A stretch of 63,726 nucleotides of DNA, the filler included, from Atractiella rhizophila (Eukaryota), in NCBI GenBank assembly GCA_021432655.1. It is 16 parts of 15 records of this genome, joined end to end, with 100 filler letters (N's around TTAATTAATTAA, not from the genome) between each part and the next. Parts side by side here need not be neighbours in the genome. Positions count along the whole stretch, not along the records: positions 10,267 to 15,286 come from MU272411.1; positions 15,387 to 20,405 come from MU272412.1; positions 20,506 to 25,519 come from MU272413.1; 13 more parts are not named here. One strand, written 5' to 3'. Made by a program: the position numbers and the translations under genes. Below the pieces are notes generated by a model. The model was not told the origin of the DNA, ran no database searches, and was given only the letters and a program-made list of their open reading frames with translations. Positions 13,119 through 25,619 of this stretch are shown piece by piece; within the stretch, counting starts at the first letter, position 1, and the number at the start of each line of letters is the position of its first letter.

Positions 13119-14787
13119 TTAATCAGTTGCCCTGCGCCTGAACAAGACGATATTGAGGTTGAACGTCTCGCGGATCTTCTCGTGCCGATATTCGATCATC
13201 CAATCGATGAAGCCATGATCTCTAACCGTGTAAGGACACGCTTCGAGCATTTCTGGTTTCTTCGCCATAAGTTTGCCGTTTTGGACGAATTGAATTGCCA
13301 GCGCATAGTTTGTTACGAAACCGACTGTTCCCCTACAGAAAAACCTTGACCTTCAGGAAATGTAGAAATGAAACAAGCGAGAAACTCACCCAGCTTCGCG
13401 TACCTCTTTAGCAACATTCGCCGTCATGAAAACCCAACCTCTTCCTCGCTCGTCTGACTTGGTGGGAATCGTGCTGATAACTTCCGCGAACTCGTAATTC
13501 TTCCACAAACTAGAAAGTGCATCCTCCAGGCTCCTTTGCTGGGGGAAGTCCGCCTCGAGGTTTAGAATAGGGTTTTCATGGCCATGACAATGACATCGGG
13601 GGACGCACATCCCGTGCCTGAAGATTTTATACTTCGGACACGGGGAAATATATCGTTTCAAGACGAGTGGTATTGGATTGTTCCCTCTGGCGGGATCCCA
13701 CAAAGCATCTAGATCCCATCCCTGTTGATTCGTATCATAGACATGGCCAGCGTAGGAATGGATGTTCTGGAGCCGCGTGAAAGAGCCAAGATTCATCGCG
13801 TCTGACTTGTCGAGGAATTTCTGTCGCGAGAGGTAAGGGCAGGAGGAGGTGCCGAGACGCAGGGGATGGCGAATTATGAGTGCGAGATAGTGATGAAGGG
13901 AGTAAGTGGCTTCGAGATCTGATACGGGAAAGTCGTAGTTCTTGAGTACAAGGTCTTGAAAAGTTTCCTTGACAGCTTTCAACTGTAACCTGCTCCATCA
14001 GACTGCCAGGCATCCCGAAGAGATTACGGACCTGCTCATTGAACAGCCATTTGCACTTGGCGTTCACCCTTCCGTGCACCTCATTCAAAATGCTGACGAT
14101 ATTTTCTGTGTCTTTAATAAAAAGCTTCCTTTCCATGTATCTCGTAAGCATCGATTTTTCATCGCAAAGTCTCAAATGAGTTGCCAAATGGATCGCATGT
14201 TTTTTCTGTTCTCGATGGAGACATTTAGACGACAACGTAACCCATGGAACGTATATTCACTCACCCTCCTAATTTCCCATTCAGTGAAGACCAGATCATG
14301 TATCAGAGGATCTTTCGTCTTTTTGAGCTTCAACACCACCCTCCCACTCGCCATTCCGATTGCTTGCACGCCAGGTGGTTTCCTGATGAGCTGACCGTAT
14401 CCAGGTCTCTCCCTTCTCCTGAAAGGTGCATCCCTAAGCTCCAGCTGGTTCAAGTTTCGAGCCAGTGCCCTCAACTCTGACGGACTTTCGTCGCCGCGTA
14501 CCAAGCCTTCATAGTCGAGGGGATTGATAGTGGAAACCATAGAAGCAAGGGGATCAAGGCTTCCTCCACGAGCGTGTCGGCGAAGAAATTCGGTACGCGA
14601 GACAGAGTCAGAAGGCTCCAAGGATCCAAAGCTCGATCCATTCTCGTCGCCTCCTACCGAACGTCCCTCTGCGTTCCAATAGTCGTCCACGTCGTCATAT
14701 TCGCCATCGTTCGAATAGTCTGGATACAGGCTTCCGCTGTTCAAACTATCGTCACGGTCCCGATAACGGAAACCTCTTCTTTCACTA
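13119..14787 (-). pseudogene. Unrecognised ~530-codon gene, 5' end cut at a Helitron terminus, two frameshifts, one intron
   Basis: The frame is open right up to the Helitron CTTG at 14788. Overlapping ORFs 14172-14744, 13735-14235 and 13386-13982 chain via frameshifts. A GT-AG intron at about 13333-13389 leads to a last exon GTVGFVTNYALA...FRRRATD-TAA. Confidence 0.55.
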
Positions 14788-15286
14788 CAAGTGTGTCAGT
14801 GCCCTCGTCCCTCGGGCATCCCCCCCCGCCAGGGGCTTCGCCCCTTGGACCCCAGCCTCCGGCGGCCACTGCGTGGAGCTCTTGCCTCTGGCAGCCACTG
14901 CGTGGGGCCTCGCCTTCGGCGAGATCAGAGTTACACTTGTCCTGCAGTTGTCAAGTGTGAAGAGTATTGTCAGTCTATTTGCATACGTTCTTGTAGATTC
15001 AAAACTTCTCTATATACTACATTCTCAGTTTTCTTATTATCAGTCCCTTCCACTTGATGTAAATAAACTCTAAGATTCTTCACATTTGAAGCTCTTGACA
15101 GTCCGACATAAAGTTGTCCATGAGCAAACACAGGGGTGTCCAAGTAGAGGCCGACAGTCTCAACTGACTGACCTTGTGACTTGTTGATAGTGAGGCAGAA
15201 TGCTAACTTGATTGGGAATTGAAACCGGCGTAGGACAAAGGGAAATGAATTGGAGACTTTGCTATCCAAAGCGATGCGTGGAATGA
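14788..15286 (-). mobile_element. Helitron 3' end: Pif1-family helicase C-terminus (14970-15286), hairpin cassette, CTTG terminus
   Basis: RRFQFPIKLAFCLTINKSQGQS...PVFAHGQLYVGLSRA...TENVVYREVL is the RepHel C-terminus. Subterminal hairpin TGCCC..GGGCA, then CTGACACA-CTTG followed by T, consistent with an A^T target. Confidence 0.93.
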
Positions 15287-15386
15287 NNNNNNNNNNNNNN
15301 NNNNNNNNNNNNNNNNNNNNNNNNNNNNNNTTAATTAATTAANNNNNNNNNNNNNNNNNNNNNNNNNNNNNNNNNNNNNNNNNNNN

Positions 15387-16030
15387 TTCGTCGGATTGTT
15401 CAAATCCCAAATATAAATCTATAACAACTCAGCGGACTGTAGCTTCGATCAAGCTTCATTAACTCACTTCGCCGTTCACTGCTCCACTGACCAACAAATT
15501 TTTTCGTACTTTGTTGAAGTCAACTCCCCGAACAGGCCCATTGTGTTGAGTATTTTGGAAAATAATAGACTCCTCTCTACCGTATTGGATAGATAAGTTG
15601 CCGTGGGCAATGATGCTAGAGCACTCTTACCCAGCAAGGATTTTCTCAGGGTCATACACCGCAAGCTCTCCGCTCTCCATTCCAGCTGCGATCAACCCTT
15701 TTCCGTGAGAAGGGTTCCCCCAAGCGAGGCGATTGAACCTTCGACGTATCTCAACCACAACCATAACTCCCTTAAAAAGAACTCACTTAGAGTTTGATAT
15801 TACTTTCCCTACACTTTCTGAGGCCTTGTCAAAAGGGCTCCATATCTCCAGCAAAGCATCGTTGGAGAAGTTTTCATCCAGAGCTCCAGCAACAGTTCCG
15901 GTCGCGATGAGAGGAAGTGAAAGCGAGAGGGAAGAGGGAGACCACGCGAAGGTCGAGGTACGGGGTATAGAGCTAATTCAGCGTCAAGATCCAGTTCGAG
16001 GTGGAAGGTACAAGCTTACTTGAACCTCAT
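15387..16030 (-). CDS. SEC31: COPII outer coat protein Sec31, 5' part (WD40), multi-exon; not captured by the ORF track
   Basis: Spliced translation [16 protein letters not shown]...[25 protein letters not shown]...FNRLAWG...[23 protein letters not shown]...[11 protein letters not shown]...[15 protein letters not shown]; 11-nt first coding exon (16020-16030). Confidence 0.93.
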
Positions 16031-16334
16031 TGCAGGCACACTCCTGTGAAGGATTAGATGTTGGACGTCAGAAGCTGAAAATTCCAACTTGGACTCAAAA
16101 AATAAATGAGAACGCAGAACTCTCACCTTGAAAACAGTAGCGTGTAAGTCTAATACGTGGGCCGTAGGAACTTCCTTTCGTCGTTTCAGTTGAAGTAGAG
16201 ATACGTGGTGCTTGTCGGAGAATACCCGTTCGGGTAAGAAGACTTTTGTCACGTGCGCAGTAGCCAAAGAGTATCAAACTATCATCCAATGACATTCATT
16301 GCTCAGGTATTCAAAAGAAACGTGCATATAGATG

Positions 16335-18635
16335 CTACAACTTTGCGCGCACGTCATCTTCGTATTGCATTGATACTTCAACGCCCTTCGTGTCCTTCAG
16401 TAATCGTCGCAAAATCTTTCCGGAAGGCTAGACACGATGTCAGTCCTTCATATTCAAATTGCTGTCCAGAGTGGATACTTACACTCTTGGGGATAGCTTC
16501 AACAAACACTAATCCGCCTCTCGGCCTGATAAGATCACTACATTAGCTTGTCAAATGAAGCAATCAGGAAATCTTACCACTTGTAGTGGACTGTGCGAGT
16601 TTCAACAAATTTGCGGATCTGCATCGCGACCGCCTTGCTCTCTTCACAAGAAGAGCCTCGTTTCAAAACAGTTTCAAGAAGCTTCTTGTCGGAACTGAGG
16701 TAAAAGTCAACGTTAATAAGCAAAAAATGGTCGGAACTCACATCACGACCCAAGCTTTCGGCCATTCCGTAGCTTTCTGCTCATCATAAATGGAGCTCAC
16801 ACCTGCGTCAGCAACCAAGTCACATTCGCAAAGGATGGACTCTAGATCTGCTGGTGATACTTGAAACCCTTTCACTTTAATCATCTCTTTTATCCGATCC
16901 GTAAGCCAGAGATTTCCATGTTTATCGAACTTGCCAACATCACCTGCTTTTGATTAGGTCGGGAAATGCTATGGTTGGAGACTGACCAGAATGTACCCAT
17001 CCTTCGTCTTCCAGAGTATCTGCCGTTGATTCAGGACTGTTGAGATAACCCATGAAAGCACCAGGTGACCGGATTAGAAGTTCGCCTTCTTCCTCAATAC
17101 CCAGTACTTCAGACAATAACATCAGTGACTTTAAAGCTCCTATGATTGCTCTCATACCTTTCTTGCTCTTCCCGCGAGTTCCGACTTCCACTATAAGGCC
17201 CTCTTGACCAGGCATAAACTTCCCACAACTCCCGAGCATGCGTTCAACTTCGTCCCAGTTTTCACCACCGACGGTAGTATTCCCACCTTTGTCATAAGCT
17301 TAGCTCCGAGGAGCCTGATTGACAGAGACACAATACCTGTCTCCGAAGCACCATAACCCATATGAATGATCAAGCCCAGTCGGTGGTAAACCTCTTTGAT
17401 AACATGAGGCGAAAGCGGTGCGCCGCCGCTTGTCATCGCTTCCACTGACGAAAGATCGAACGATTCGAGAATGGGTGATTTGGCCATGAGAACTGCAACG
17501 GGAGGCGCAATGTGGAGGTGAGTGATCTTATACTTCTGCACGAGTGAAAGGTAGAAGACAGGGTCGAATTTGTGGACGATCGTGGCAGTTATTCCAACCG
17601 CAGGACACATGCACAGAATATTGGCGAGAGCTACGAATGATGAACATGATCAGTCATTAGGAAAACACTGGAAGAGAACATACCATAAATATGATAGAAT
17701 GGAGGCAAAGCGAGGAATCGCTGGGGTCCTGAATATTCTGGGTGGCCCCAACGCAAGCTCACGACGTGAAATATTCCAGCTTCGTGGCTTAATACCACAC
17801 CTTTGCTTTTCCCGCTCGTCCCGCTGCTCCATAAAATATAGGCCACCCTTCTTTTAGCTTCTCCTTTCTGGAACGGTCGTATCTCATGCTCTTTTTCGGC
17901 AAGCAAAGTGGTCCAGTCATTCGGCGGTAAGGAAGAAGGTGTCCCGTAATAGTCTGTGGGAGAAACGGTGAAGAGGTATTTCGAATTCCCAGAGAAACGT
18001 CGAGACACCTCAGAATCTTTTAGTTCGGAAAATGCCGCCTGCAAAGAAGATATAGCCGTAGTGTGACAGAAAATGACGCTAGGCCGCGAGATGGAAAGTA
18101 TATGCGCAAGCTCTGTCGGTGTAAGCAGTGGATTCGCCATGGTCACCTAACTGACCATCAGTTAGCAATCACAAATGATGACAGAAGACAAACGGTCAGG
18201 GAAGCAGCAAGTACCCCAAACATGATTGAGGGAAAGACAAGGCTGTTGGGAACGATCATCAAAACAACAGGGGAGAGAATTTGACCCTTCCCCGGCTTGT
18301 ACGGAGCTGGTTGAACTGCACATTTTGTGACGAGGCCTTCGGCTAGTCTGAGAGAATCTCGTTGTAGTCGCCCATGAGATAGTTGCGAACCTAGTCGAAG
18401 GAGGCACGGTCATTTATTTGACAATAATCAAATCGGGGAAGAAACGCTCACCAGTCAGAGGATCAACGAATATAGGCTTTTCAGGTGGAATAAGTTCGTT
18501 AAAGGCATTCTCCCCCAGCTCTTTAGGCGTATCAAGTAACCCAGATTTTTTATGGAAGGGGTTTGAGAACAGAAACTTGGAGAGGTTTACGTCGGGGCAG
18601 GAAATAAAGAAAGGTGGTCTATGTTGAGCAGACAT
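16335..18635 (-). CDS. 4-coumarate-CoA-ligase-like acyl-CoA synthetase (adenylate-forming), peroxisomal PTS1, multi-exon
   Basis: AMP-binding motifs YILWSSGTSGKSKGVVLSH, GYGASETG, GWVHSG|D..., DRIKEMIKVKGFQVSPA and PSGKILRR; C-terminus ...DDVRAKL-TAG. Confidence 0.92.
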
Positions 18636-20505
18636 GTTGCAAGCATCAACAGGAACTTCAGACAAGGGGGAGCGTCCACCACAATCGCTAGGGCTAGAAA
18701 TATAAAGCCCTCCCAAGCCGAATCAAGAAGCAGCCTGGACAATTAAGAAAGGGTAAACCGCTTTCCGCTTTGCCTGCAGCGCTGACCAAGTTTTGCCGTT
18801 CATTGACCTTGTAACGTCCGGTTCCGCCATACCCGCCCACGCGTTATAATCATGTGACTGGCATGATCTTGTCAAGGTTCTCTCGAATGAGTGCACCAAT
18901 CAATCAGTGGGTTGCTGGCCTCCAACTTGAGAGTGCCTATAAATTATTGTCAAGAAATGAGGGCCAGATTTGACGGGATGAAACCTGACTGGTCACTTAA
19001 GTTGCTTTGCGATGTATTGTTGTGTTGTTTGGGGGATGTATTACTCTGCGATTTATTGCAGTAAGTGCAGTTCTAGTTCTGAGTCGTGACTTTTGTGAAC
19101 CTTCTGGTCTCGGCAGTAGCAATTCGCAAGGCTCAAGCTCTGTTGCGACTGACCCTCACTGCCTCAGCTTTGGATTCTTGTTGAGAGGAGCGTCCATTTG
19201 TGGTTATTACATTTTCAACTCTCCTTCACATCCTTATAACACGTCTACTAAGTGTAACGAAAAGCAAAGCTACAGGACAAAGCAACTGAATGATTACGAT
19301 TATCGCCAACCACAACTGATGTGCCCAAAATTGATCTTCACAGATTTATTACGTTCCCTCTCTTGAACTTTCCATCCTTCGGTACTCGGTAAACTTCTCC
19401 ATTGATAACTACATGCACTGCCTTCTTGTCCGCTTCGTTTTGATATGGTGCCCTTTCTTTTGGAGAGAGGAGAGGGGTGGTGCACGTCGGTATTTCTTCA
19501 TAGGATGGCGGATCTCCTTTATAGTACACAAGCTTGAGAGCGTAGAAATAAGGAAGAGAAGGATGAAACGCGTACTCGATGTTTGTCCTTTTTCAGTGAA
19601 CACTTGCTTCTCCCCTGACCGCTTCGAGGAGGGGACTTCCGTACCATTCGGCTGTGATTGTGGTTTGCACATGCTGCCAGACAGGCTGACGCGGAGATTG
19701 AAGGCAGGATGCCACTTTTGCTGTGCTGAGGACAATGGTTCAGTGTAGCGGGAAAGATGAGGAACGGGTTCTTTTAAGATGCGGGAGCCCTACGGTGGGT
19801 TTCCGGCTGTTCAATCATGAAAGAAATTCCTAAGAAAGCTCAAGCTCAGCCATCAATGCACAAAATTTCACAATTCATGCTGCACACATAGCTTGCAGCC
19901 TGCGCGCACTAAGGGCTACTTTTGAGTGGAGTTATGACAGCTCTGCGTGGCTGGAATCAGCCTGGAGTCGCTAGAGAACAAAGACGTTCAGGAGGCACAT
20001 CTCGGACGACGTGACGTTTTAATTGTTTTGAAAGACTACATCCGCTATACAAAAGTAGCCCGATGGCACAGTTTAGCAACTAGCTGCTCTCCGTATCCCC
20101 TGCGTGACTGCATGACGTTTCTGCACTTATGACATCTGTAATCACTTGATTCAATTGGGCACTCGGAGAGTCTAATGTTGAGTCTAGCTCAACTCTCGCA
20201 CAGTCGTTTCCCATTTTGCTTCTAACAACGTATCAACACTAGCCTGATAGTCCTACATGGACTCGAATGTGCAGACGATGAAGACCGGGCGATTGACATG
20301 GCTACCATCTTATTCCATCTCACATCACGATTCAGCGGCCTTCGCAAACGGAAGTCATCTACCCAGCCATCTAGAGCTCCGTGCTAGCATTATTTAGAGT
20401 GACATNNNNNNNNNNNNNNNNNNNNNNNNNNNNNNNNNNNNNNNNNNNNTTAATTAATTAANNNNNNNNNNNNNNNNNNNNNNNNNNNNNNNNNNNNNNN
20501 NNNNN

Positions 20506-21957
20506 ACCGTGGCTGTAGATTGGAATCGTGGGTTTGGAGTCCAGGTTGTGCATTCGAGAGAAGTGGAGAAATAATCGTCGAAGGCAAGAGACAGCTCGGA
20601 GGACCAAAGTACTATGAATACTAGGTCGATGAGCGTGTGTGTCATCTTCAGTCGCACCGACCTATATGAACGCGAGGAGGTCTCTCAGCAGGACGGGATA
20701 CAAGACAAGGACCAACATACCAGATACCTATCGGACGGCCAAAATATTCGAGGTAGACAGAACCCAGGATGTGGCATAGAGTGAGGGGAGCGATGATGAG
20801 AGCTAAAGTAGTGCTGCTGCCGATAATCCCTCGTATATTGTGCTGATTCTCCACGACCAAGACCCTAATAGCGAGACCAAGTACACAAGCAGTAAAGGAG
20901 AGGTTGAGGAGACGAAAGAAGAGGGGTGCAAAAACGGAGTGCAAGAGAAAGTCGACGACCTTCTTTTTTATCGTTCGCCTGTTTAACAAGTCCCTGATAT
21001 AGTGACTTGTATCTCCTGTCAGATGTCCAGGAGTTTTCCGCTCCAATCCTTCCTTCTCAATCGTGCCAGTAAGGGGTATAGCTCCATCCGGAGAAGCCAA
21101 GGATGAGCCGAAAGGATTATGATCTGTGAGTCGACGGAAGGGAACCCAAGGCGATGACCAGCCCGGAGTGGTCGCATGATTGGAAGAGAAGACGCTGGTT
21201 GATATCCTTGCCTCCATCCTCATACGATCATCCTCGTCTGAAAGCGGCATCCCAGGCTTCCAACCGCTCCCCCTCTTTCCCTGCTCCAAATCACCCAATC
21301 CATCCCTCCTCTCCCTATCCTCATCGCTTTCATCCTCGTCCTTGTCATCAGCTCCCTCGCCAAACTTCCTCAGGTACTCCTCAGCCCTCCGCTTGTACTT
21401 CGCAGGCATAGTGAAGGTCCACCATGTCGCAGACGCTGTTGATTGGTCGCTTTCTTTCCGATGAGCGGGTGGTGGAGGTCTTGGCGTGGTGGGTGAAAGC
21501 GGAAGGGAGGAGCTAGAGGTGGACGGTCGGGAGGTTTGTTCATGGTCCGGAGATTGAGGGGTAGGGTGGGACTGTGCGACGGAAGATATGGAGGGAGGCA
21601 CGGCTACGGAAGGACGGCCCTGCGTTTCTGTAGGCGAAGTAGGTCGGGAGTAGGAAAGGAAGTGGATATCTTCGTCCGAATCGTTCGCCCAAGCTTCGTA
21701 CGGAACAAATGCAAGTTCAACACCTTCCCTATGATGTAAAGGAAACAAAGGAACGCACCAGGTTTAGTTGCTACCTTTCTCCTTCCGCTTTTAATTGTGG
21801 AGCCTCCAATTCCATTCCCTCCATTTCCGGAAGTCGCGGAAGGCGGAGAACCAACCGTGAACTTGGAAGTGGAGGGAGTAGCGTTTCCGTCGCGACTGCT
21901 CTCGTAGGCGTGTTGTCCTTGTGCAAGATTCGAGGTTGATGATGAAGGTGCAGCCAT
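20506..21957 (-). CDS. SRF1-like regulator of phospholipase D (C-terminal multi-TM domain), 3'-truncated
   Basis: Disordered N-terminus, then PLFFRLLNLSFTACVLGLAIR...YLEYFGRPIGIW|...KMTHTLIDLVFIVLWSSELSLAFDD, resembling the yeast Srf1 family. Confidence 0.7.
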
Positions 21958-22672
21958 ATATTTCCCAAATTATCAGCTAACAATGTCGTTTCCCTGATTC
22001 CAGACCAGTTTCTAGCCTAGTAAATATTCGCAGTGGATGGGATACAAGCGTAGAACCTGCTTTAGGGAAGATGAGGGGGAGGAGTGGTGGTTGCTCGGGA
22101 GAGGTATCGTCGTTTTTGGATGTGTGAGTTGAAACGCTCCGAAAATGCGAACACACCGCGCGAAGCAATTTCACGGACACACTTTGAACGAGGTGGAAAG
22201 GTGGACTTTGTGCTACTGTATAACGCCAATAAACACTCAGTCGAATATCACAATTTATCACAGTGACGAGAGGAAATAAACGGTGCGAGCTCGATTTCCC
22301 CTTTCATCACATGCATCACCTTTCACCCTTCTATACAGGGAGAGACCTTCAAGGTCGCGAGTACTTTGATGATTCCCTCCGCCGTGCTTGGCCTTTTGAT
22401 TCAGAAGACACTCAAGAGCTCAAGAGTTCTTACCTCCTTAACCAAGTAAAGCTGCCAACAGCGCGTTTTAAACGACGTCACGTGACCAATCAAAGAGGTC
22501 ATGAATTGACAAAGGGCATTATCAACGAAGCGGTGTTGTTTTCTATTGATTATTCTTTTAGGCGGCTCGCTAGCTCCTCTAAGGCTATTTGAGAGGTCTA
22601 ATCCTATTTGGAATATCAGGAGCTACCTTCGCAAAAGTTCAGCAACGACCCATTTCCGTTTCGCTTTGGAAA

Positions 22673-23962
22673 ATGCCCCGTCCGCCGAACCTCTTCCGTC
22701 ATTCTCATGCGTATCTCACTTGGGCACGAAGCGCCCTCGTCAATTCCAGCTCTAAGCTAACTGATGCTCACTGTCGGTCCGTATTGTGTTCATGCTCATT
22801 ATTCGAACTGACCGTCTTTACATGGGCTGCTATAGTGATTACTTCACGCGACTTACTCAATCCATGTACTCAGAATACGATTCGGATTTGAAAAAGCTCA
22901 AAGACCCAGTTCGACGGAAGAATCGAGAGCTATCATTCAAGAAGAGGACATGGCGGGTTCGTTCTCCATTATTTCTCTTCGCTTTGTCATGAAACAACAG
23001 TAAAGGAACCATGACAGCTCCTCCGTCTACTAGAACATGCACACTCCGGTTCACACGCAGCGCTCTCCAAACTCCTCTCCCTCGCCTACGGTCGGACTGG
23101 TGCACTGCGACACGACCTCCTCGCCCCTTTCGCTGAACCATCACAAAGCAATAGGCGGATAGTCAATACTCTCCATCGCACACGATTGCCTTATTACCCT
23201 CCCGCGCTGATAGCGTTGCTCCAATCCCCCTTCTCTTCTAGAACCACCACACTACAATCCCTGCTTTACCCTCCCTCACTCCCCGCAAGAGGGATACCGG
23301 GAACGGAAGAGAGGATGAAGTTTGGTGGTTTGACAGCGAGGCGACAAACACGGCCGCGCTGGAGATTTTACAGGACTCGAATTGGGAGCTCTTTGCTTCC
23401 GCCGCTAGAAGTGAGAGTGAGGAAACGTGATGGGACGGTGATGAGAGGTGAAGAAGCGGGGAAGGAGTGGACACGATGGGGAGGAAGACTTCCGCAACTG
23501 CAGGCAAATGGTCTTGTCGAAGAGCTCGAGAGGAAGGCGGCAGGCATCGGCGACTCAGATTCTCACACTCGAGGATGGAAGAAGCCCATTCATCGACGGT
23601 TGGGGAGGACGGCGATACGGACTTCTCGTCTAGTTGTCGTCAACCGCTCGAGAAGGTATATTCGCCGTCGCTACCGCTCCTTGCTCAACAACATCCCGAT
23701 CCTCACAGTTACTCCTCCGGACGAAGAACCGCCAACGAAGGAGATGTCGGAGGGGAAGGAAGAGCAGAAGCAAATAGGGAAAGCACATCAGCATTGGAGG
23801 TTGAAAGGGCTGGAGAAGTTGGACTACAAACTCTCTTATTCGGATCTTGCGCTAGGTGGAAAGAGTGGATGGAGGGAGCTCGACGAAGAGGAGAACTGGT
23901 GGATCGAGAGCGAGAGGGAGAAGGAGAAGGAAAAAACAAAAAGTAAAGGGCGGAGGAAATAG
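22673..23962 (+). CDS. Conserved fungal hypothetical protein (basic; possibly LYR-like/mitochondrial), multi-exon, start uncertain
   Basis: 258-codon ORF 23186-23962 with PPALIALLQSP...PPSLPARG...RWRFY...LPPL; upstream exons inferred from ATG 22673 and GT/AG sites. Confidence 0.5.
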
Positions 23963-24265
23963 AAGGAAAATCGTCCCATTAGGAAGAACCCCAGCTCCTT
24001 TCGCTGAGCGTTGAACGTTGAGCCACTGGACGTGCAGGATGTTATATTACGGTGCCCATCAACCTGATCACTTCAAAAACGAAGATATTTTGTTTCAGGC
24101 CATCTGAGCAACCTCTCATTTACTATCTAAGAATATTCCTTTACGTAATTGATCACATGATGTCGCATCGGATCAATCCTTACTTCAGTTCAAATCGTGC
24201 TTGGTCCTTTGATCTTGCTCCATCTTTTCACATTTTGTCGCCAACTTTCTCTATCCCAACAGAAG

Positions 24266-25481
24266 ATGAGCGACGCGATCCCACGGCACACTTCCCTCTC
24301 CACGATCTACACCTCAAAAACACTGCTGCATCAGGGAGAGAGATGGGATGCTCTGTCCAAGAGCTTTGAGCAGGAGTTTGGAAAGAAGCCCATCAAAATT
24401 GCTAGAGCGCCGGGAAGGGTACGTTTGTCTTCGTTTAGTGGACAATGTGGGCTGCAAACGAGCCTTGAAGCTGTCGTTTTGTTTCAATTTATTAAAGCAC
24501 AAATGTTATCGGCCCACCGAAGTTGGGAAGGCCCTGCGCAATGTTGTTCTCACTTCTACTAGCCGGACTACTAGTTGGACCCATATTTCTGCTCTGGTAT
24601 GTAACAGTCTTGCAACTGTTTGAAGGTTCATCATGAATGTCGCCTGATGTCTTCGCTCAGTCGCACCTAGATCAGCGAATCTTGGACCTCATGAGGCATG
24701 GACTATCTAGTGTATTTGCAATCTTGGGCTCCAACTTTTACATCCCACATCGGTTGATATGTGTTAGACCTACGAAATTATTATACCTGATTCACTGAAT
24801 GTTCATTCATTTGATTTACATCCTTCATAATGAAATGGCTCTGAATCTGGCCTAAGAGACTTCACGGTTGTCTTCGAGCAGCGTCAGCATCTTCAGAATC
24901 CTTGATGCTGTTGATGATATCACTTGAACATCTGAAGACACCATTCTAGTCTGTCTTCCATATGTAGACGACCTTTCTGGTTTATTTTCACGTTCAGCAG
25001 TCCTATTTGACGAATCACAATTTGTTTCCTAAATTTACAGACATTGGCAAGATGGAGACCCATGAATTCAACACCTGTTTACATTCTATGACAATAGCCA
25101 GCATAAAATACTTATTTTGTCAATGTCAAGATTGCTCTGCTCTCTAGCCCGTTGATATTTGTGGATGCCGTGACACTGATGTCATACGCTACAGGTCAAC
25201 ATAATTGGTTTGTGACGAGCCTCACTACGACACTCTTGCGAAGTAACGCTCGTATTCTAGGCGAGCACATTGATTACTCCGGCTTCGCTGTTCTTCCCGC
25301 TGCCATTGAGCGTGATGTCCTCATAGCAATTTCATGGGCGCCATCCTCCTCTGGTAATCACACGATTGATTTACGAAATGTGAACCCTAAATACGAGCGA
25401 ACCGCAATCTCTTTCCCCGCGTCAGATCATAAGGCTGAGAGCGTTGATATGAAAGAGCACGCATGGGGCAACTACTTCAAG
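24266..25481 (+). CDS. GAL1: Galactokinase, 5' part; exons 24266-24418, 25195-25207 and 25261-25481
   Basis: The spliced galactokinase signature ARAPGR|VNIIG|EHIDYSGFAVLPAAIE is reconstructed only with the 13-nt micro-exon; downstream W.NYFK motif (HAWGNYFK). Confidence 0.92.
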
Positions 25482-25619
25482 GTAAGAGTTCCACCTGTTC
25501 CTATGAGAGTCATTGATAANNNNNNNNNNNNNNNNNNNNNNNNNNNNNNNNNNNNNNNNNNNNTTAATTAATTAANNNNNNNNNNNNNNNNNNNNNNNNN
25601 NNNNNNNNNNNNNNNNNNN

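Noticed and set aside
14970..15286. Host PIF1 helicase gene
   Set aside because: The NVVY.EVL C-terminus, the hairpin-CTTG end and a second related copy indicate Helitron RepHel.
5138..16030. SEC16 plus SEC31 as a COPII gene cluster
   Set aside because: They lie on different contigs separated by two linkers; co-occurrence is an artefact of size sorting.
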